In this document: positions 33,959-43,787 of the stretch, in pieces | Numbering within the stretch: position 1 is the first letter of the stretch | Layout: every line of letters begins with the position of its first letter | Origin: a virus | Taxonomy: Duplodnaviria > Caudoviricetes | DNA length: 54,446 nucleotides | Virus record (IMG/VR): IMGVR_UViG_3300022929_000034 | Coordinates: 1 to 54,446 of that record | Reading direction: 5' to 3' (one strand) | Position numbers and translations under genes: made by a program | Notes under the pieces: generated by a model | The model's input: only the letters and a program-made list of their open reading frames with translations | Told to the model about the DNA's origin: nothing | Databases searched by the model: none

Positions 33959-35181
33959 TAGAACAACCCGCCCGAAATTCCGTTGGCCACGTACAGCCCG
34001 GTAGCAGAGAACGTCGCCGCCTGTGCGCCGTTGACTGTGACGCCGACGGTGTTGGTGGACGGCAGGTAGAAGCCCGATGTGGTGCTGCCGGTAAAGTTGA
34101 TGGAGGGGCTGATAGCGGACCCTGCGTTGAAGGTCGTGGACGTAATACTGCTCGACGTTCCCGACGATGCGTTGTAGACGTTGGTTCCGTCGCAGGTTAC
34201 CGTCAGCGAGGTGCCCTGCGGAATGGCGACACCGGTGCCCGACGCGGTTTTCACCGTGAACGTGTAGCTGCCCGTGGTGTTGTTCGTGATGGCGTACAAC
34301 TGGACGGTTGGCGGGACAATGATCACCGCATTCGATGTCAGCGTCCCGCCGTACACCTGAATGGTGTTCGCGGCCTGCGCAGAGGTGAGCGTGGTAGTCC
34401 CGCCGGTAACCGACAGCGCCAGCGCCGTGTACGCGAACGCATTGGACCGTCCGTAGCCAAAGGTGTTCCACCCGGACCCGTTGGACACAATCACCAAGGA
34501 TTCGGTCAGTTGGAGCTGCTGATTTGAATTTCCGTCGATGGTGTCCGAACCGGCAGGCGTCAGCGTCAGGATGCCCGTACCGCTGTTTCTGATCATGCAA
34601 AACCAGTTTGCGCCGACCGAAGACGCCGATGGCAGCGTGAATGTGCCCGCACCGCTGGACCAGACCAATAGCTGCGCCCTGAGACCGGCATTCAGCGTGG
34701 CGCTGGAGTAGTACGTGTTGACGGAGTAGGCTTGGTTGAGAGTGGTGCCGATGGCCAGCAGGCCGTACCCAGCCAGATCCGAGGCATTTGCAGCCGATGT
34801 TCCTGTGCCCAGCACCACGTTCGCCCAAGTACCGGCGGGCGTGGAATTGATTGTCAGGTAGATGTACTGGGTGACACCGGAGGCGATGGAGACAATGGTT
34901 GTTCCGACTCCGGTGGCCGCGTAGCTGGTGACCGTGAAGGGGTTGGAGCCAATATTGCGCACCAGCACCGTCTGGCCGGGGGATACCTGAGTCGCCGGGG
35001 GCAGGATCAGGTACAGGCCCGTGGTGGATGCCGTGACCTCGATGATGTTGGCCGTCGGGATGCCGGTGGTGCCGTTGATGGGCCAATCCAGCAGGGTGTT
35101 GGCCGCAATGGTCAACGACTCATAGCTGACCGAGGACGGGTTGATGGTCTGGCCGGTGAACGGGTTGGTGTACGTGGTCAT
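33958..35181 (-). CDS. Tail structural / fiber protein
   Basis: 407 aa T/S/G-rich beta protein; repeated TLP.A......V.N.G units. Confidence 0.7.
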   Translation of the reverse strand: MTTYTNPFTGQTINPSSVSYESLTIAANTLLDWPINGTTGIPTANIIEVTASTTGLYLILPPATQVSPGQTVLVRNIGSNPFTVTSYAATGVGTTIVSIASGVTQYIYLTINSTPAGTWANVVLGTGTSAANASDLAGYGLLAIGTTLNQAYSVNTYYSSATLNAGLRAQLLVWSSGAGTFTLPSASSVGANWFCMIRNSGTGILTLTPAGSDTIDGNSNQQLQLTESLVIVSNGSGWNTFGYGRSNAFAYTALALSVTGGTTTLTSAQAANTIQVYGGTLTSNAVIIVPPTVQLYAITNNTTGSYTFTVKTASGTGVAIPQGTSLTVTCDGTNVYNASSGTSSSITSTTFNAGSAISPSINFTGSTTSGFYLPSTNTVGVTVNGAQAATFSATGLYVANGISGGLF

Positions 35182-35182
35182 G

Positions 35183-35824
35183 TTAAGAGTCCTGTGCTAC
35201 TGCTTGGCGGTCACCGATGCGGAGCTGGTCTTCGGTCTTCAGCGCGGCCATCGCGGCGTCAAACATCTGCGACCACACGGCCAAGCGCGCGTCGTCTTTG
35301 AGGAAGGGCGCGGTCTGCTTGAGCGTGCCAAAGAGCAACGCATTGGGCGCGTTGCGGGTAAGCCAATTGGTTTGGTTGCTGGACGACAACGGAGTCAGCC
35401 GGGTGTAGCAGAGCGCCTCAAAAGCAAAATTGGCGCTGGGCGTCGGGGCAATGAACCAGTTGTCGTAGTCGTAGTCGGCGTAGTACAGCGGCGTGCCGGT
35501 GGCGGTCACGTCGGGCGCGTAGCTGCTGAGGTACTCCAGCTTGCGCAGGTACACCGGCTGCTTTTCACCGCTGGCAAGAGTGAGGGTCATGGATACCGTC
35601 TTGCGCCACAGCGCGGGCTTGGCGATCACCGGGTTGCTGGCGGTCATTGTGCCGTCTGCCACGATCATTTGGCCAAGGGTCTTGATGTCCTGCGCGATCT
35701 CAAACTCCGCCAGCATGACGGCGGTGGGGATGAAATTGACGACCGCAGCATCGCTACGCTCCAGATACTGGAGCACCAGAGTGCTCAGGCCATCGTAGGT
35801 CAGCGCGTAAGCGGTCGTAGCCAT
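35183..35824 (-). CDS. Tail tubular / adaptor protein
   Basis: TYD.L...V..YLER...IAPTP...NWL..NAP.ALL.G.L pattern of podovirus adaptor proteins. Confidence 0.7.
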   Translation of the reverse strand: MATTAYALTYDGLSTLVLQYLERSDAAVVNFIPTAVMLAEFEIAQDIKTLGQMIVADGTMTASNPVIAKPALWRKTVSMTLTLASGEKQPVYLRKLEYLSSYAPDVTATGTPLYYADYDYDNWFIAPTPSANFAFEALCYTRLTPLSSSNQTNWLTRNAPNALLFGTLKQTAPFLKDDARLAVWSQMFDAAMAALKTEDQLRIGDRQAVAQDS

Positions 35825-35833
35825 TGTTGATCC

Positions 35834-36358
35834 TTATGCCAGCATCGAGGTAGCAGCCGTCTGCACATGGTCCACACGGGCAAGCCAGCCCTTCAAAAAC
35901 TTCTGCTGTGTGGGGTTGGTTGTAGCGAGGCCATTATAGAAGCGCTGCTTTTGGTCGGCAAAGTTCTTCAGCAACACAACGGGGTCGGTCTTGGCCACCC
36001 GGCCCAGAGTCCCGGAGCCAATAACACCGTCATCAACGGCCCCCACAGCCCGCTGGAGGAACTTTGCGGCTCGGGAGACCCCTGCGTTCACCGCAAAGTC
36101 AAAAACGGCGTAATCGACGCCTGCGGGCAGGTCGTCGCACTTCACCAAGTCCCAATACATCTGCTTGTAGAACGGCTTGACCGTCTCCTGCTTCAACGCC
36201 TTCATCTCACCCGGCTGGATTGCGCGTTTGAGATACGTGCCCCAAGCGTCGATGGTGACACCTAAATTGGTCTCGCCGCCACGGTCTGCCGGGTCGTTGA
36301 CGTACCCGCCCTCGGATTGGATGACCTTGGCAAAACAGGCGTCGAAGTTTTCTTTCAT
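35834..36358 (-). CDS. Endolysin, glycoside hydrolase family 108 with PG-binding domain
   Basis: EGGYVNDP.DRGGETNLGVT...FDFAVNAG...DGVIG..T...FLKGWLARV. Confidence 0.92.
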   Translation of the reverse strand: MKENFDACFAKVIQSEGGYVNDPADRGGETNLGVTIDAWGTYLKRAIQPGEMKALKQETVKPFYKQMYWDLVKCDDLPAGVDYAVFDFAVNAGVSRAAKFLQRAVGAVDDGVIGSGTLGRVAKTDPVVLLKNFADQKQRFYNGLATTNPTQQKFLKGWLARVDHVQTAATSMLA

Positions 36359-36852
36359 TTGATTGGCGTCGAGTTATGGATCATTTCGTCTTTGCGCTGG
36401 CTTCCAGCAGACGAGCCAAAATAGAAATTGACCACCTGTTCGGCCTTTGCAGACAGGTAGCCAATTAAAGTGCCAGCCAGTACGGAATCGATAACGGCAA
36501 ACCCGCCCAGCGTTGCTATCACCACGCCGATAAACGCACTAACAATCAGGATTGCCAGCGATGGCACAAGCATGGATTTGGTTGCAATCTGCATTTCACG
36601 CGCAGATTTTCTGTCTTCTACAACCAACCTAGCAAAGTCCAATCCCATCGACTGCGCTTGTTTTTTAAGTTCTAGTTCTGCAAGTTGAATTGCTGCAACT
36701 TGCTCAGATGTCAACTTGCCGCTGCTGATAACGTCTTGCACTTGCTCAGGTTCAACACCAATTGCTTTAGCAAGTGCTGCTACACCCATACCAGCAAGCG
36801 GCCCAGCCAAGCATGTTGCAATGGTGGGTGCAAGTGTTTTAAGCCATTCCAT
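36355..36852 (-). CDS. Putative holin
   Basis: APTIAT.L.GPL.G...DRKSAREMQ, two TMs, VVNFYFGSS.GS. Confidence 0.7.
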   Translation of the reverse strand: MEWLKTLAPTIATCLAGPLAGMGVAALAKAIGVEPEQVQDVISSGKLTSEQVAAIQLAELELKKQAQSMGLDFARLVVEDRKSAREMQIATKSMLVPSLAILIVSAFIGVVIATLGGFAVIDSVLAGTLIGYLSAKAEQVVNFYFGSSAGSQRKDEMIHNSTPIK

Positions 36853-37093
36853 CTGAACCTCCCACTTTAATTTCGTCCATGTGGCTACCGACCTTCAAAC
36901 CACTGAGCCATCCAATGAGTCCACCAACGATGGTCTGAAACGCAGGGCCAATAATTTCAAAAATCTTGGTGTTATCCACCTCTTTCACAAACAAGCCGTG
37001 GACAAGCGCCCCGATAAGGACAACAACCACGGAACATAGGGTGGCGGTCACCATCATCGTGACCCAATAAATCAACCGGTCTTTAGCGTCCAT
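36839..37093 (-). CDS. Two-TM membrane protein (lysis cassette)
   Basis: VDNTKIFEIIGPAFQTIVGG.IG. Confidence 0.65.
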   Translation of the reverse strand: MDAKDRLIYWVTMMVTATLCSVVVVLIGALVHGLFVKEVDNTKIFEIIGPAFQTIVGGLIGWLSGLKVGSHMDEIKVGGSDGMA

Positions 37094-37368
37094 CACTTTG
37101 CCCTTTCCCATAGTTGTTCAATTCTTGCCCGCATGCGCATGGTGTCCGAGCTGCCCATGATCGTGGCCATGTTCGCGTAGATCAGCGTGAGCTGTTCCTT
37201 GGTGCAAACCGGACCCGAATCATCTAACCAGTTCCAAGCCTTCTCAAAACGCTCTTTGGGGTCATGGTTGGAATACCCGATGTTCACAAACTCAGATACG
37301 CTGCACTCGCGCTTGATCGTCGCGCCGTACACAAAAGCGGCAATCAAAAATACGACTAAGCCGCGCAT
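37093..37368 (-). CDS. Exported hypothetical protein
   Basis: N-terminal hydrophobic signal and two Cys. Confidence 0.6.
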   Translation of the reverse strand: MRGLVVFLIAAFVYGATIKRECSVSEFVNIGYSNHDPKERFEKAWNWLDDSGPVCTKEQLTLIYANMATIMGSSDTMRMRARIEQLWERAK

Positions 37369-37590
37369 TCATTTGTCAGCCTTGCTGTCGAGCTTGTCAA
37401 AAATCTGCTTCAGAATGGTCTTGACCTCTGCGATGTCCTCGCGGTAGTCGCCCTTGATGACGTAGGTGGTCGGCATCGCGTTGACCTTGTCTTCGAGCTT
37501 CTGGATCTGCCGGGTCATGTTGTTCAGGACGTAGGCAGCCAAGAACCCGGCAATCACCACGACGATGTTGAATAGCTGCTGGTTTTCCAC
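37369..37590 (-). CDS. TM plus coiled-coil protein (lysis cassette)
   Basis: N-terminal TM; YVIKGDYREDI...IFDKLDSKADK. Confidence 0.7.
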   Translation of the reverse strand: MENQQLFNIVVVIAGFLAAYVLNNMTRQIQKLEDKVNAMPTTYVIKGDYREDIAEVKTILKQIFDKLDSKADK

Positions 37591-37592
37591 GA

Positions 37593-37748
37593 CTACTCCG
37601 GCGCAAATTCAACCGCAGGCGCTGTGGCCTCTTTGGCTTCTTTTTGGATGGCTTCCACAAGCTGAAATACTTCTTGGTATGGTCGCGCGCCAAGGTAACC
37701 AAGGACGGCGTTCAATAGTGGCGTGGAGATGGCAATTTTGTCGTTCAT
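37593..37748 (-). CDS. Small hypothetical protein (not in the ORF track)
   Basis: MNDKIAISTPLLNAVLGYLGARPYQEVFQLVEAIQKEA... Confidence 0.7.
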   Translation of the reverse strand: MNDKIAISTPLLNAVLGYLGARPYQEVFQLVEAIQKEAKEATAPAVEFAPE

Positions 37749-38095
37749 GCTTGCACCCAAGAAGTAGTGGCTTCATCCCATGTGTACATGCCTTCAGTCG
37801 GCATAGCAACAGGTGCTGCCCACTGGCAAGTGTCTTCTACCAGTGTCCAGCTTGGGTATGGCTGTGGAGGGATAAACGCATTCCGGCCTTCATCGTAGGT
37901 GTAACCGACACCAGCGTAGTTCTTGCGGATGCGTCCGCTGTAGCTGGTCTGCTTCCAATCGCCACCAAACAGACGTTCACAAAAAGCCGCACCGATGTAC
38001 TCTTTCTCTGTGCCGTGTGCGTCAGAGGTGTCCTCATTGCCAACCACAATCACTTGCGTGACGATGCCGTTTTCAATTTTTGCAAAGTGTGCCAT
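37745..38095 (-). CDS. Putative tail fiber assembly protein
   Basis: MAHFAKIENGIVTQVIVV...WKQTSY...RKNYAG.GY.YD...AFIPPQPYPSW; start at 38095. Confidence 0.7.
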   Translation of the reverse strand: MAHFAKIENGIVTQVIVVGNEDTSDAHGTEKEYIGAAFCERLFGGDWKQTSYSGRIRKNYAGVGYTYDEGRNAFIPPQPYPSWTLVEDTCQWAAPVAMPTEGMYTWDEATTSWVQA

Positions 38096-38313
38096 TACAT
38101 CTCCAATTCTTCCAAAATCTTGACTGTCCAAATGGTCGGTATAGAGTCCTCAAACGCCTTAATCTTTTCCATTGTTGCGTCAATCTCAACCCATGTCGGG
38201 CAGGGTCGGTCATCTTCCCAGCGCGTGATGGTGCGGTTGCTGATTTCCCATTTGGCGTTAGGGCGCAGCAATTGCATTGCTGTGTCTATTCCATAAAGTT
38301 GGTACTTCTTCAT
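38095..38313 (-). CDS. XkdW-like fiber-associated protein
   Basis: AMQLLRPNAKW...W.D.RPCPTW.EI. Confidence 0.6.
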   Translation of the reverse strand: MKKYQLYGIDTAMQLLRPNAKWEISNRTITRWEDDRPCPTWVEIDATMEKIKAFEDSIPTIWTVKILEELEM

Positions 38314-38314
38314 G

Positions 38315-39925
38315 CTAGTTCAGCTTTAGGATAACAATGCCGGAACCGCCATTTCCTCCAACGCCTATGTTAGAACCAGCGCCACCACCGCCGCCTGTAT
38401 TGGCTGTTCCAGCAGTACCAGGTGAACTATTAGATGGTGGCGTACCAGCCGCACCAGCACCACCACCGCCTGTTCCACCAGCGCCGCTAGTAGCAGGGGA
38501 GCCACGATTGTCGCAAGAACCTCCACCACCTCCAGCATAGGTGACGCTACTGCCAGTTATGCTGCTTGCAGAGCCATTGCCGCCGCTACCCGCTGGGCCA
38601 TTAGCTGTGCCTGTACCGCCTACGGCTCCAGCACCACCGCCACCACCAGCAGCCGCATCAACACCGCTACTGTTACTTCCATTACCACCATTGTTTCCTT
38701 GAGATGGTGATGTTGATGGAGTGTTACCAGCGCCTCCCGTATAACCCGAAAATAGTCCTGACCCACCACCGCCAGAACCACCAGATATGCCATTGTTAGC
38801 GTTTGTTCCACCCCCGCCACCACCAGCAGAAGTTATGGTGCTAAATGTGGAACTAGTGCCGCTGTTGCCATTAACGCCGCTATCAGCGCCTCCAGTTCCT
38901 CCAGAGCCAACCGTAATTGTGTAGGTTGTTCCTGCGGTTACTGAAAATGCTGTGCCAGTTCTAAAGCCACCAGCACCGCCACCACCGCCACGACCTCCTG
39001 CGCCTCCTGCACCACCCGCTACCACCAAGTAGTCAACAGTAGTGATGCCTGCTGGTGCTTTCCATGTTGCAGTAGATAGAAATTCAATTGCTGTGCCTTT
39101 TGGCACGGTGTAGGACAAGATGACAATTCCGGAGCCGCCATTGCTTGCTGCTGATGCACCATACCTATTGCCACCAGCACCACCGCCTGTGTTGGCTGTA
39201 CCTGATGTTCCGTTAGCGCCTGAGTCAACGCCACCATTGCCACCGCCGCCTGTGCCGCCTGTGCCGCCTGTGTAACCAGCACCAGCGCCGCCGCCACCGC
39301 CGCCAGCATAGGTAACGCTAGAGCCAGATATAGAAGATGCTGTACCAACGCCGCCAGCACCGCCTACTGTAAGGGTTCCACTACCGCCAACTGCGCCAGC
39401 ACCGCCGCCACCACCAGCAGTAGAGTTAGCAGAAGAGCCGCCAACCCCACCGTTATTTCCTTGACTTGGAGATGTGGATGGCGTATTTCCTGCGCCACCA
39501 GTTGACAAAAGTTGACTATCACTTCCGCCGCCAGAACCGCCCGCTATGCCGTTACCACCGGGTACGCTTGGATAACCATAACGTCCACCAGCACCACCGC
39601 CAGATGAAGTAATAGTGGAAAAAATAGAATCGCCTCCAGATGCGCCTGTGACACCGTCACTTGTTGCACCTGCGCCGCCGGAACCAACTGTAATTGCGTA
39701 ACTTGTACCGGGAGTTACAGATAAGCTAGTTCCAGTACGAAAGCCTCCAGCACCGCTACCGCCAACTCCCGTTGCCCTTGTTCCTCCACCACCGCCTGCT
39801 ACAACAAGGTAATCTACCTTAGTAACACCCGATGGACATTTCCATGAGCCGGACGCAAGGAACTGCTCAATTACTAGGTAGCCTCCCGCGCTGCGGGTGA
39901 TGAAAAAGTTTTTAGACGCAAACAT
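38315..39925 (-). CDS. Glycine-rich tail fiber / receptor-binding protein with two tandem domains
   Basis: Two repeats, each starting W..P.G.T.VDYLVVAGG and ending NGGSGIVIL; start ATG 39925. Confidence 0.8.
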   Translation of the reverse strand: MFASKNFFITRSAGGYLVIEQFLASGSWKCPSGVTKVDYLVVAGGGGGTRATGVGGSGAGGFRTGTSLSVTPGTSYAITVGSGGAGATSDGVTGASGGDSIFSTITSSGGGAGGRYGYPSVPGGNGIAGGSGGGSDSQLLSTGGAGNTPSTSPSQGNNGGVGGSSANSTAGGGGGAGAVGGSGTLTVGGAGGVGTASSISGSSVTYAGGGGGGAGAGYTGGTGGTGGGGNGGVDSGANGTSGTANTGGGAGGNRYGASAASNGGSGIVILSYTVPKGTAIEFLSTATWKAPAGITTVDYLVVAGGAGGAGGRGGGGGAGGFRTGTAFSVTAGTTYTITVGSGGTGGADSGVNGNSGTSSTFSTITSAGGGGGGTNANNGISGGSGGGGSGLFSGYTGGAGNTPSTSPSQGNNGGNGSNSSGVDAAAGGGGGAGAVGGTGTANGPAGSGGNGSASSITGSSVTYAGGGGGSCDNRGSPATSGAGGTGGGGAGAAGTPPSNSSPGTAGTANTGGGGGAGSNIGVGGNGGSGIVILKLN

Positions 39926-40881
39926 TATGCAAACGCCTGTGCTGCATTGCCGTACCAAACGGAACCATTAGCCACAAAGCTGATGATGTCTACCGCCGAT
40001 GCGGTTGCGGTAATGGTTGGCGCAGTACCGCCGGGCCATTTAACACCGGTGAATGTCGCGGTGGTCATGCCGGTTGCGGCTTGCGTCAGAATCAAAATGA
40101 ATGACTTACCGGCAGTTGCTGTAGGCATAGTGAACGTGCAGGGCGTAGATGCTGTCAATGTTGCAGTCAGCACAGTGCCAGTTGTAAGAGCCAAGGTGCT
40201 GGATGCGCCAACTGTGCCCACTGCTTGCAAGGTTTCAACATAGTTGGTGACGGTGGGGTTGGTCAGTGTCTTGTTGGTGAAGGTCTCACTGCCAGCAAGC
40301 GTAGCCAAAGTGCCCGTTGTAGGCAAAGTCACCGCAGTTGTTCCGCTAACCGTTAACGTCGTGCCAAAGCTGCCCGAAATGGTAATGGTACTTGCGGCGT
40401 TATTTGCTACACCGGTTCCACCATTTGCTGCGCCCAACGTACCGGAAATATCTGCAGTAAGCGAAACCGCGCCAAATGTAGGCGCACCAGCCGCGTTGCC
40501 GTGCAGCACCGTAGTGGTTGTTCCGGCAGCAGTAGTAGCCAATGCGGTTGTTGTACTTGCGTAGGTTATCCCGTACTGCGTAAATGCGCTGGATTGCCCT
40601 GTGCCGCCTGCGGTATTGACTAAAGTCCCCGCAACTGTTACCGCGCCCGAGGTTGCCGTGGCTGGCGTCAAACCAGTCGATCCAAATGAGATTGTGCTGA
40701 CGTTGGTCGTTGTGGCGTTGCTTGCCAGCAAGGTCACCGTGCCGCTGCTGTTTTTGTAGTACAGCTTGCCGTCGTTGGTATTGAGCGCAAGCTCCCCAGC
40801 AACGAGGTTTGCAGACAGCGGAACAGAAGACGCCGTGGCGCTGTAGTACAGCGATATTGGGGTGTAGCCAGTTGCAGCCAT
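39925..40881 (-). CDS. Tail fiber protein
   Basis: N-terminal L.AGELALN..DGKLYYK anchor, T-rich repeats, C-terminal VKWPGGTAPT...VDI.SF. Confidence 0.8.
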   Translation of the reverse strand: MAATGYTPISLYYSATASSVPLSANLVAGELALNTNDGKLYYKNSSGTVTLLASNATTTNVSTISFGSTGLTPATATSGAVTVAGTLVNTAGGTGQSSAFTQYGITYASTTTALATTAAGTTTTVLHGNAAGAPTFGAVSLTADISGTLGAANGGTGVANNAASTITISGSFGTTLTVSGTTAVTLPTTGTLATLAGSETFTNKTLTNPTVTNYVETLQAVGTVGASSTLALTTGTVLTATLTASTPCTFTMPTATAGKSFILILTQAATGMTTATFTGVKWPGGTAPTITATASAVDIISFVANGSVWYGNAAQAFA

Positions 40882-42347
40882 TAAAAAGTACCTCCAAAGA
40901 TTCCAGTTGTGGCCGTCACAGTAGTGAAGTTGCCAGTTGTTGGCGTCGTGGCCCCAACAGTACCGTTGATGTTAATTGATGCAGTGCCAGTCAGGTTGGT
41001 CACAGTGCCGCTGCTCGGGGTTCCCAAAGCACCGCCGTTGACCACAAATGCCCCTGCGGAGCCCGTATTCACGCCCAGAGCGGTCACAACACCCGTCCCG
41101 GTGGTGACGGTGCTCGGGGTTGCCCCAGCGCCCCCACCGACAACTATTGCGTTTGCCGCCAAAACCGCGCTGGATGCCCAAGCGGACGCGCTGGTGAAGT
41201 ACGGGATACCGCCACTGGTTCCAGCAACGGTCAATGCCGGGGTCGTGGTGGCATTGGCCACGGAAATAATGCCGCCGGTGAAGCTGACGCTGGTAACCGT
41301 GCCGCTAGACCCGCCACTGGCCGCGATGCTGATACCGCCAGCCGAGTTGGTGATGCTGATGCCGGACCCGGCAGTCAGCGTGGCCAGCGAGTACCCGGTC
41401 CCGTTTCCTATTGGAAGTTGGCCGTTGGCCGGGGTGGCCGACAGCGCAGTACCGCCATTTGCCACCGCCACGGTCCCGGTTAGGGAGGAGGCAGGAATGC
41501 TTTTATTTGTCAGAGTCTGGGTGCCGGTCAGGGTCACCACGGTGCTGTCGATGGAGATCGTTCCAGTTGAGGTGATTGGGCCGCCGGTCAGGCCGGTGCC
41601 TGTAGCGATAGACGTTACACCTGAGCCAGCGGCAAATGAACTCCAAGCGCCGTTGATGTAGCCCTCAAACAACCCGATGGTAGTGTTGCCGCGAATCATC
41701 CCGCTCACACCAACAGCAGGGCGGTCTCCAGTGGCTCCAGCAGGAAGAGTCGTACTGGCAATGCCGGGAAGTACAGGGTTGTCGGCCAAGGCGATGGTCG
41801 GAGAGCCGCCTACCGCATTGCCGTATGTCACCGTAATCTGGTTTGTTGTGCCCTGAAGGGTCACCGCACCCACCCCGCCAGCCGTGGTGATGGTCAGCAG
41901 GCCATTGGCGCTCAGGTTTGCGAGGTTCAGCGGCGCTCCGCTCAACGTGATGGTTGGGTCACCGGATACGCCGCTGCCGTTGGTGATGGACAGGCCACTG
42001 TTGGAAACGGCGATAGAACGGGGCGTAATGGCCGTTGCAGACGTTTTTACTTGAAAGCCAGTACCGGAGTTCACCAACGACAACAAAGCGCCTGTGGTGC
42101 TGATATTGAACAGCCCTTGCGCACCGCCATCAGTGATGACCAGCCCGTTGGTCGCGCCGACGTAGCGGCTGTTTGCCAACTGCGGGGTCTGAGTGACCGT
42201 CAAGTAGGTGTAAGTCTGGACGGGTGAGCCAGCAAGCGCCGCAGTCGTAGTCTGGACCGTGACCCCATTCTGGACCACGGGGACGAGTTCGGTTCCGGTG
42301 ATCGCACCAGCCGTGGGCAGTTGGGATATGGTTACTTGTGCGGACAT
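40881..42347 (-). CDS. Tail fiber protein
   Basis: ISQLP.A...TG.E.VPVVQ.G.T N-terminus; V..GGT and GTVTSV repeats. Confidence 0.8.
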   Translation of the reverse strand: MSAQVTISQLPTAGAITGTELVPVVQNGVTVQTTTAALAGSPVQTYTYLTVTQTPQLANSRYVGATNGLVITDGGAQGLFNISTTGALLSLVNSGTGFQVKTSATAITPRSIAVSNSGLSITNGSGVSGDPTITLSGAPLNLANLSANGLLTITTAGGVGAVTLQGTTNQITVTYGNAVGGSPTIALADNPVLPGIASTTLPAGATGDRPAVGVSGMIRGNTTIGLFEGYINGAWSSFAAGSGVTSIATGTGLTGGPITSTGTISIDSTVVTLTGTQTLTNKSIPASSLTGTVAVANGGTALSATPANGQLPIGNGTGYSLATLTAGSGISITNSAGGISIAASGGSSGTVTSVSFTGGIISVANATTTPALTVAGTSGGIPYFTSASAWASSAVLAANAIVVGGGAGATPSTVTTGTGVVTALGVNTGSAGAFVVNGGALGTPSSGTVTNLTGTASININGTVGATTPTTGNFTTVTATTGIFGGTF

Positions 42348-42706
42348 TATGTGCTCGTATTGCTAGGTGGGCTTGGGGCAATCGTATCCTTGTTTCCGGT
42401 CTGCGTAGGCGTCTGCGTGTTCTGCTCGGTCGAGATCTGAAACTCGTTGTTTCCACCGGTTATCAGGTAATTGTCGCCCGCATCCACGCTGACATCTGGC
42501 CGTGGGAAACGCAAGTTTATCCGCTCGGTCTGGCGGGCGGCCAGCCGGTATGGGTCCAACGTATCCATGCAACCCTGATCGCACACGCGCAGGCCGGGGA
42601 AGTTAGGGTCCGGCCCAAGCTGGACAAACGCACGCTTCATCTTGCACCGGTCGCATACCGCAATCGCAAGTGACGTCAGTCCTTCGGTGTTAAGGAATCT
42701 TGGCAT
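42347..42706 (-). CDS. Conserved virion morphogenesis protein with CxxC
   Basis: IAVCDRC...GLRVC..C.D..DP...PRPD. Confidence 0.7.
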   Translation of the reverse strand: MPRFLNTEGLTSLAIAVCDRCKMKRAFVQLGPDPNFPGLRVCDQGCMDTLDPYRLAARQTERINLRFPRPDVSVDAGDNYLITGGNNEFQISTEQNTQTPTQTGNKDTIAPSPPSNTST

Positions 42707-43779
42707 CAGCGTGTGTACACGGAAATGTTCGGGCTGTAGTAGATCGGCGACTTGTCTCGCTCTTCTTGCTCGGCCATGTTGAAGTACTTGTCCGCTTGGT
42801 TTTCAAGGTAGCCGATGCGGTCAGCCTGCACCGCAGGCAGCTCCAAGCTCATGCGGTGCGAGAGCATCATCAGGATAGCCTCATACCAACGCTGCGGGAT
42901 CTCTAGTTGGCCGGAAAGCGACCCGACGTCCATGATCTGGCGCGAGTACCAGACCGTCATCTGGACAAACGGGCTTGATGGGACCGGCCACAGGTACATG
43001 GTCGGCTGCGGGATCGTGCGGTCAAACCAGAACTGGAAGGGCTGGTTGGCCGTGAATTGCTTGTTGGGCAGGTTGGTGTAGTCGTCGCGGTTCAGGCGCG
43101 CCATCTGGAGCTCACGGGCCATCGTGCCAAAGTACAGCTCACGCAGGGCAAGCGTCGTGCCGCCTGTAGCGACCATGCGGTAGTAGGCCACGTTCTGCCC
43201 GGGGTCGATGTCCGTCCACACCCACTGGTTGTCCGCCACCGCCACGCTGGTGCCCGTATCCAAAGTGTTCCACGTGGAACCGTCGGTCGAGTACTGGAGC
43301 GTGTAGCTCCACGTGGCCGACCCGCCGCCAGAGACGTAGGGCAAGAACCCGATGGAGCCGACGTACTGCGGGTTGGTGGTCCCAAAATTGATTGCGATGT
43401 TGCCGTTGGCCGATGTCTGCTGGCAGTAGGTATTGACGTCGCCGTCGTAGACGTTGGCCACCGTGCCGCCTGCGGACGAGGTGTAGGCACCATTGGGACG
43501 GTCCATGGTGCGGTACAGCACGTTCAGAGCGTCAATCGCGCCCACGGGCAAGGTGTAGATGTACTGGTCGGCGTTCAGGCCGATGACCTTCTTGCTGATG
43601 GCCCAGTAGTTGATGCCCATGTTGGCAATGTTCGACAACAGGATGAACAGCGATTCCTTGGCCGACTGGACCTGCTCGACCGTCAATTCCTCGGCCAGCT
43701 TCCCGCACCGACGCGCACCGTGGTCGATGAGCTGCTGGACCGTTATAACGGTCTGTCCAACGGTTCCAGAGTAGGCCAC
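42706..43779 (-). CDS. Head-to-tail connector with inserted beta-sandwich module
   Basis: GTG start; A.ESL..LL...N.GIN.W...R..RDDY.NLPNK...P.QFWFDR...LWPVP; central QYSTDG.TW...YYR insert. Confidence 0.7.
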   Translation of the reverse strand: MAYSGTVGQTVITVQQLIDHGARRCGKLAEELTVEQVQSAKESLFILLSNIANMGINYWAISKKVIGLNADQYIYTLPVGAIDALNVLYRTMDRPNGAYTSSAGGTVANVYDGDVNTYCQQTSANGNIAINFGTTNPQYVGSIGFLPYVSGGGSATWSYTLQYSTDGSTWNTLDTGTSVAVADNQWVWTDIDPGQNVAYYRMVATGGTTLALRELYFGTMARELQMARLNRDDYTNLPNKQFTANQPFQFWFDRTIPQPTMYLWPVPSSPFVQMTVWYSRQIMDVGSLSGQLEIPQRWYEAILMMLSHRMSLELPAVQADRIGYLENQADKYFNMAEQEERDKSPIYYSPNISVYTR

Positions 43780-43787
43780 GGGCGTCC

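Noticed and set aside
33959-35086. N-terminal 376 aa of the 1049-aa ORF 31937..35086
   Set aside because: Off-frame shadow of gene 33958..35181 with H/R-rich nonsense composition; the real start is ATG 33958.
38315-42347. GG-rich fiber sequences as further copies of the tag, or a DGR target
   Set aside because: These glycine runs are structural repeats lacking the preceding consensus; no reverse transcriptase or template repeat was seen.
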